From the NCBI GenBank assembly GCA_016839365.1, contig JAEOUH010000047.1:1-64000 (forward strand): 64,000 nucleotides of DNA. The letters run 5' to 3'. Numbering within the stretch: position 1 is the stretch's first letter; every line of letters begins with the position of its first letter. The notes beneath the pieces were generated by a model. It saw only the letters and a program-made list of their open reading frames with translations, had not been told where the DNA came from and made no database searches. Both the position numbers and the translations under genes were made by a program. Shown here piece by piece: positions 59,957-64,000 of the stretch. Origin of the DNA: Candidatus Hermodarchaeota archaeon. GTDB taxonomy: Archaea > Asgardarchaeota > Hermodarchaeia > Hermodarchaeales > Hermodarchaeaceae.

Positions 59957-60820
59957 GTGAAGAAAATAACCTATCGTCACCGCACACCCTTCTATCACTT
60001 TCTCAAAACCCAGCTAGGAGACCAGATACCTCCTAGGCTCCTACCTCGACGGCTTCGAATACTTGGCCATGTAGCAATTTTGTGGCTAAACCCACAAATT
60101 GAGCAATACAAGGAGTTGATTGGGGAAACCACGCTGGGATATAGTACCAAAATTCGATCCGTCTTACGGCGAACGGCTGCAATTACTGGTCCCTATCGGA
60201 AACCTGCCGTGGAATTGATTGCGGGTTCACCTGAAACTGAGACCGTCTTTCGAGAAAACAAGGTGATTTTCCATTTGGATCCAGTGAAAGTCATGTTCTC
60301 CGTTGGAAATAAGGCAGAACGGCTGCGCATGAGCAAACTGGGAACTGATGAGTTTGTCGTTGACATGTTTGCTGGGATAGGGCATCTATCTCTTCCCATG
60401 GCTGTGCATGCAAAACCTAAAGTCATTCATGCGATTGAGTGGAATCCTGATGCCTTCCATTTTCTTCAACAGAACATCCAATCAAACAATGTCTCCCACT
60501 TGTTTCAACCACATTTTGGAGATACCCGTCAACTCGCCCCGAGAATAGGTAAAGGTCAAGGAGATCGCGTCATCATGGGTTTAATTCAAGGCACTGATCA
60601 GTATCTCGAACAAGGAATACAATGCCTTCGTCCCGGGGGTATGATGCACATTCATGAAATCGGTCCTAAAGAAGATATGGCAACACAACTGCTTTCACAA
60701 TTGCACAAGATTGCATTGACGATGAACCGACAAGCGGATCTTGTTAGCACACGGATGATAAAGACCTATAATCCTAGATACAACCACTTCGTTCTTGATA
60801 TCCAACTAAACAGTAGGTAA
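59957..60820 (+). CDS. SAM-dependent tRNA-modifying transferase, Taw2/TYW2 / Trm5-Met10 family
   Basis: REN...FHLD..KVMFS.GN..ER.RM, DMFAGIG, EWNP, DRVIMG. Confidence 0.85.
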   Translation: MKKITYRHRTPFYHFLKTQLGDQIPPRLLPRRLRILGHVAILWLNPQIEQYKELIGETTLGYSTKIRSVLRRTAAITGPYRKPAVELIAGSPETETVFRENKVIFHLDPVKVMFSVGNKAERLRMSKLGTDEFVVDMFAGIGHLSLPMAVHAKPKVIHAIEWNPDAFHFLQQNIQSNNVSHLFQPHFGDTRQLAPRIGKGQGDRVIMGLIQGTDQYLEQGIQCLRPGGMMHIHEIGPKEDMATQLLSQLHKIALTMNRQADLVSTRMIKTYNPRYNHFVLDIQLNSR

Positions 60821-60829
60821 CTCCAGGAT

Positions 60830-61996
60830 TTATCGGGTTATTTGGTATTCCATGATTTCCTCATAGAGTTTCTTTGCTTCAGGATTATCTTCGAAGTATT
60901 TCCTAATCGGTTCAAGAAAATCGCACAGAGCCTTAGTTGTCGCGTCTTTCAAATCCAACGGGTGAATAGCCCCTGCAGCATACAGTGATTCGACTTCATC
61001 AGCGCTCGTAAGACTTAATGGCCCACCGAATTTCTCGGCTCGCTCTATGTGGAAAGTATAGCCATCTTGCATAAACAGGATATTTCGAACGTAACTGAGT
61101 ATTGGGTTATTTTCGACTTCTCCTGCAGGACAGTAAGCATTTTTAATTTTCCTTCTGATTACCCGAGGTGGGTCATGTATAAAGATGGCATCGCCGGGTT
61201 TGGATTTCGACATCTTGATGTCTATAGACACCTCTGGCGCTGTGAACTCAGAGGAGACGTCCATCCGAGCGGTTCCAGTCAGCCCGGGAAGAAGGGGCAT
61301 ATGAATGCCTATAGGTTTCCACCCCAGTTTCATCTTATCGGCCACTTCACGGGCTAGCACATGTGCACGACGTTGATCCATACCAGAAAGACAGATTTCG
61401 TAATGTTGGTCGATGATATCCGTTACCTGTAAGAGCGGATAGATGAGCTTAGAGAAGTCAATAGCTGCTTCCTCCTCGGTTCGACCCATTATGTCAGTCG
61501 ATCGGCGCACTCGAGCGAGAGTGAGATTTTTGGCCACCCGCAGAATTCTTTCCCAGTATTCGAGTCGACGCATTAAGTCTTCAGCGGTTACAATGTGCAC
61601 TTTGGTAGTATCTACTTTCAATGCTACAAAGCAGTGACGCAGGTATTCAGCACAACGTCTGATTTTTTCAATACTACCTCCAAATTTGTCGTTTACTTGG
61701 GCATGCCAAGTAGCGAGAAGAATTTCCATGCGCACACCCATATCCACCAGTTCATTGAGCTTATGGACCCAACCGAGCCATCCCACATGAAATAATCCAC
61801 TGGGTTCAACACCTATGTATCCTCGAGGTTTTTCTTGACGTGCAAAGGCAGCTATCAAGTCCTCTATGGTTAATACTTCTTGGGTATGCTGTGCAATCTT
61901 TTCTACGCTAGGTGGAAGAATGTTCACTAGTAATACACCATTACCCTTCGGGCATATTCTGTGTGATATAAAAGTACACCGATACTTATGGTCCAT
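60830..61996 (-). CDS. tyrS: Tyrosine--tRNA ligase
   Basis: YIGVEPSG..HVGW, YPLLQVTD, GMDQRRAH, KMSKS, HPLDLK; true start probably GTG at 61927. Confidence 0.94.
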   Translation of the reverse strand: MDHKYRCTFISHRICPKGNGVLLVNILPPSVEKIAQHTQEVLTIEDLIAAFARQEKPRGYIGVEPSGLFHVGWLGWVHKLNELVDMGVRMEILLATWHAQVNDKFGGSIEKIRRCAEYLRHCFVALKVDTTKVHIVTAEDLMRRLEYWERILRVAKNLTLARVRRSTDIMGRTEEEAAIDFSKLIYPLLQVTDIIDQHYEICLSGMDQRRAHVLAREVADKMKLGWKPIGIHMPLLPGLTGTARMDVSSEFTAPEVSIDIKMSKSKPGDAIFIHDPPRVIRRKIKNAYCPAGEVENNPILSYVRNILFMQDGYTFHIERAEKFGGPLSLTSADEVESLYAAGAIHPLDLKDATTKALCDFLEPIRKYFEDNPEAKKLYEEIMEYQITR

Positions 61997-62059
61997 TGCC
62001 AGTGATATATAAGAGCCAGTTAGGTCAATGACCCTGGTAGGTAGTTTTGGCGAATTATC

Positions 62060-62479
62060 ATGTGCCCCCTACGTGAAGCGACCCAAGCGAAGCAGGAGCG
62101 ACTGGAAGAGCGTTTTGTAAAAGGTGTTCAGCTCTTGATTAACCTCTCGGAAGACGGGGTAACAATAGTAGTAGAGGGGATTAAGGATATCACTGCACTA
62201 CGGGGATTAGGACTGAGTGGACCTATTTACATGCTTGCGGGTCACAGTGTCGTTAGTTTAGCTGATGAATTGGCTAATATTCCTCGTTTACTCATCCTAT
62301 TTGATTTTGATCGACGGGGAGGGCAATTGACAAGACGACTAACTGATCAATTAGAAGGGCGAGGGGTCTCAATACTTCATCGAGAAAGGCACCAGTTAAG
62401 GCGAGCGTTTTGTTGGCGTGTGAGGGTAATTGAGGGACTGAAGGGAATTGAGAAAACTCCGAAAGGCACAAAATTTTAA
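62060..62479 (+). CDS. Small Toprim-domain protein (RNase M5-like)
   Basis: IVVEGIKD..AL, LFDFDRRG. Confidence 0.8.
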   Translation: MCPLREATQAKQERLEERFVKGVQLLINLSEDGVTIVVEGIKDITALRGLGLSGPIYMLAGHSVVSLADELANIPRLLILFDFDRRGGQLTRRLTDQLEGRGVSILHRERHQLRRAFCWRVRVIEGLKGIEKTPKGTKF

Positions 62480-62615
62480 TGTGGCTCATTCGTGAGGCTA
62501 ACTGTATCACAATTACCAAATTACCTAATCATCATCACAAATCACTTCAAAGTGGCGTTATCAATATCACACGCCCGCACTTACATATCACAAATCATTT
62601 CACAAGGTGACGATT

Positions 62616-63915
62616 ATGGGAACAAATGCAGAAGGTACTGGTACTACGAAGTATTGTATTCATGGTAAAATCGAGATAGATGGAGTAGTTGAGACCCCCG
62701 ATGTTGTAGGTGCTCTCTTCGGTCAAACGGAGGGCCTACACTTCATATCGGCGATGTGAAGGGGTAATCGGTGAAGATTTAGATCTAAGAGAATTACAAC
62801 AGTCGGGGCGGATTGGTCGAATAAAAGTCGAGCTTCACACTGAGAGTGGAAAATCAAAGGGCACTATCACTATCCCATGTAGCCTAGATCGGACGGAAAC
62901 TGCAATCCTTGCTGCAGCAATGGAAACAGTGGACAGAGTTGGTCCTTGTGCGGCTAAAATAACCCTTGAAAAACTCGAGGATGTCCGCGAAGAAAAGCGG
63001 CAACAAATCGTAAATCGTGCAGTAGATTTGCTACGGGATTGGGAAGGGGAAATCTCTCCAGATTCTCAGGAAATGACGGATACGGTTCTTCAACAGGCAC
63101 GTACTGCAGAGATTATCAAACTCGGCAAAGAAAAGCTGCCTGCAGGGCCGGAGGTAGAGATATCAAAGACCATTATCATCGTAGAGGGTCGAGCAGATGT
63201 CTTAGCCCTGTTGAGATCTGGTGTCAAGAACGCTGTTGCAGTTGAGGGGACATCGGTTCCCAAATCTATTGCTGACATTGCCAAGGGGAAAACCGTGATT
63301 GCATTTCTCGATGGAGATCGTGGTGGGGATCTAATTCTAAAGGAGCTTGCACAAACCATCAAGGTTGATTATGTGGCTAGAGCACCTACTGGTAGAGAGG
63401 TAGAAGAACTCACTCACAAAGAGGTTACTAAAGCTCTCCGTAATAGGATTCCAGCAGGGCAGATTTTAGGAAAAGCGCCAGCTAAGGCGAAGCCAAAGGA
63501 GAAGAAGCGTACCCGTCGGACCCCCGAGAAGATCAAGAAACCGCGTCGCACAACAACGCGTACCACCTCTCGCATTACCACACGAACGAAAGTTGAAGCA
63601 AAACCAGAGCCAAAGGTGAAGGATTTGGGAATCCCAGAGCCGGTGCTTGATTCGGCTCAAAAGATTCAACGGACGATGATGGCAGTCATCATGGACGAGA
63701 AGTTTAAGCAATTAAAGGAGACTCATGTGGGTGAACTTGCTAACGATTTGCAGGAACTTGATAAGGCTAAAGTGCTTATCCTTGATGGCGTTGTAACACA
63801 ACGCCTTATTGATATTGCCGAAGATCGTGGCGTCGAATTAATTATTGGGGTGCGAGTTGGCAATATTGTGAAGAAACCGGCGAAAATGCGTATCCACACT
63901 TTCGATGAACTGTGA
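62616..63915 (+). CDS. dnaG: Archaeal DnaG (exosome-associated primase-like protein), spliced: exon 1 62616-62739, exon 2 62768-63915, 423 aa
   Basis: Exon 1 TTKYCI...[14 protein letters not shown] with SD AAGGTGA; exon 2 [35 protein letters not shown]. Confidence 0.93.
62740..62767 (+). other. 28-nt BHB-type pre-mRNA intron in dnaG
   Basis: GCCT-ACA-CTTCATATC-GGC-GATGTGAAG-GGGT-AAT; contains an in-frame TGA; removal restores the frame and the EGLLGED motif. Confidence 0.88.
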
Positions 63916-64000
63916 TTACTCAGAAAGCCTGTCAAGTCAGCAATGCTTAAATATTGAGCACCCGCATTTTCGCTTCACCCTATCATAATAACGAGAGTGC

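Noticed and set aside
62710-62767. ORF-track start of dnaG ([19 protein letters not shown]), or a simple frameshift/pseudogene explanation
   Set aside because: This N-terminus is non-homologous; the true conserved N-terminus is in another frame from 62616. The insertion is 28 nt and folds as a BHB with exact motif restoration, unlike a single-base error or slippery site.

Overview
Archaeal chromosomal window of mostly core genes. Unsplit rpoB, split rpoA'/A'', a str cluster without EF-2, a non-catalytic EndA subunit, and CdvA-like and SNAP-like proteins suggest TACK/Asgard; this placement is inference. Left part (2-16 kb): two tungsten-type AOR/ferredoxin pairs, two MoaD/SAMP ubiquitin-like proteins, a PreA/PyrD-like dehydrogenase, two amidohydrolases and two YgeW-like carbamoyltransferases, a probable nucleobase-catabolism cluster. 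Middle: glmS, thrC, a MoxR/DUF58/transglutaminase-like module, thermosome, glycine cleavage P, L3-L4-L23-L2, archease-RtcB and the RNA polymerase/str superoperon. Right: a tRNA/5S cluster, endA, rpiA, coaD, a structured intergenic RNA, Taw2/Trm5, tyrS and dnaG. The main discovery is pervasive bulge-helix-bulge (BHB) splicing. Seven of nine tRNA genes carry 11 introns, 7 of them at non-canonical sites (including 8/9, and a triple-intron tRNA-Met with a 7-nt anticodon micro-exon). The protein-coding gene dnaG is also interrupted by a 28-nt frameshifting, stop-containing BHB intron whose removal restores the conserved [13 protein letters not shown] motif, implying mRNA splicing by the tRNA-splicing machinery, components of which are encoded in the same window.
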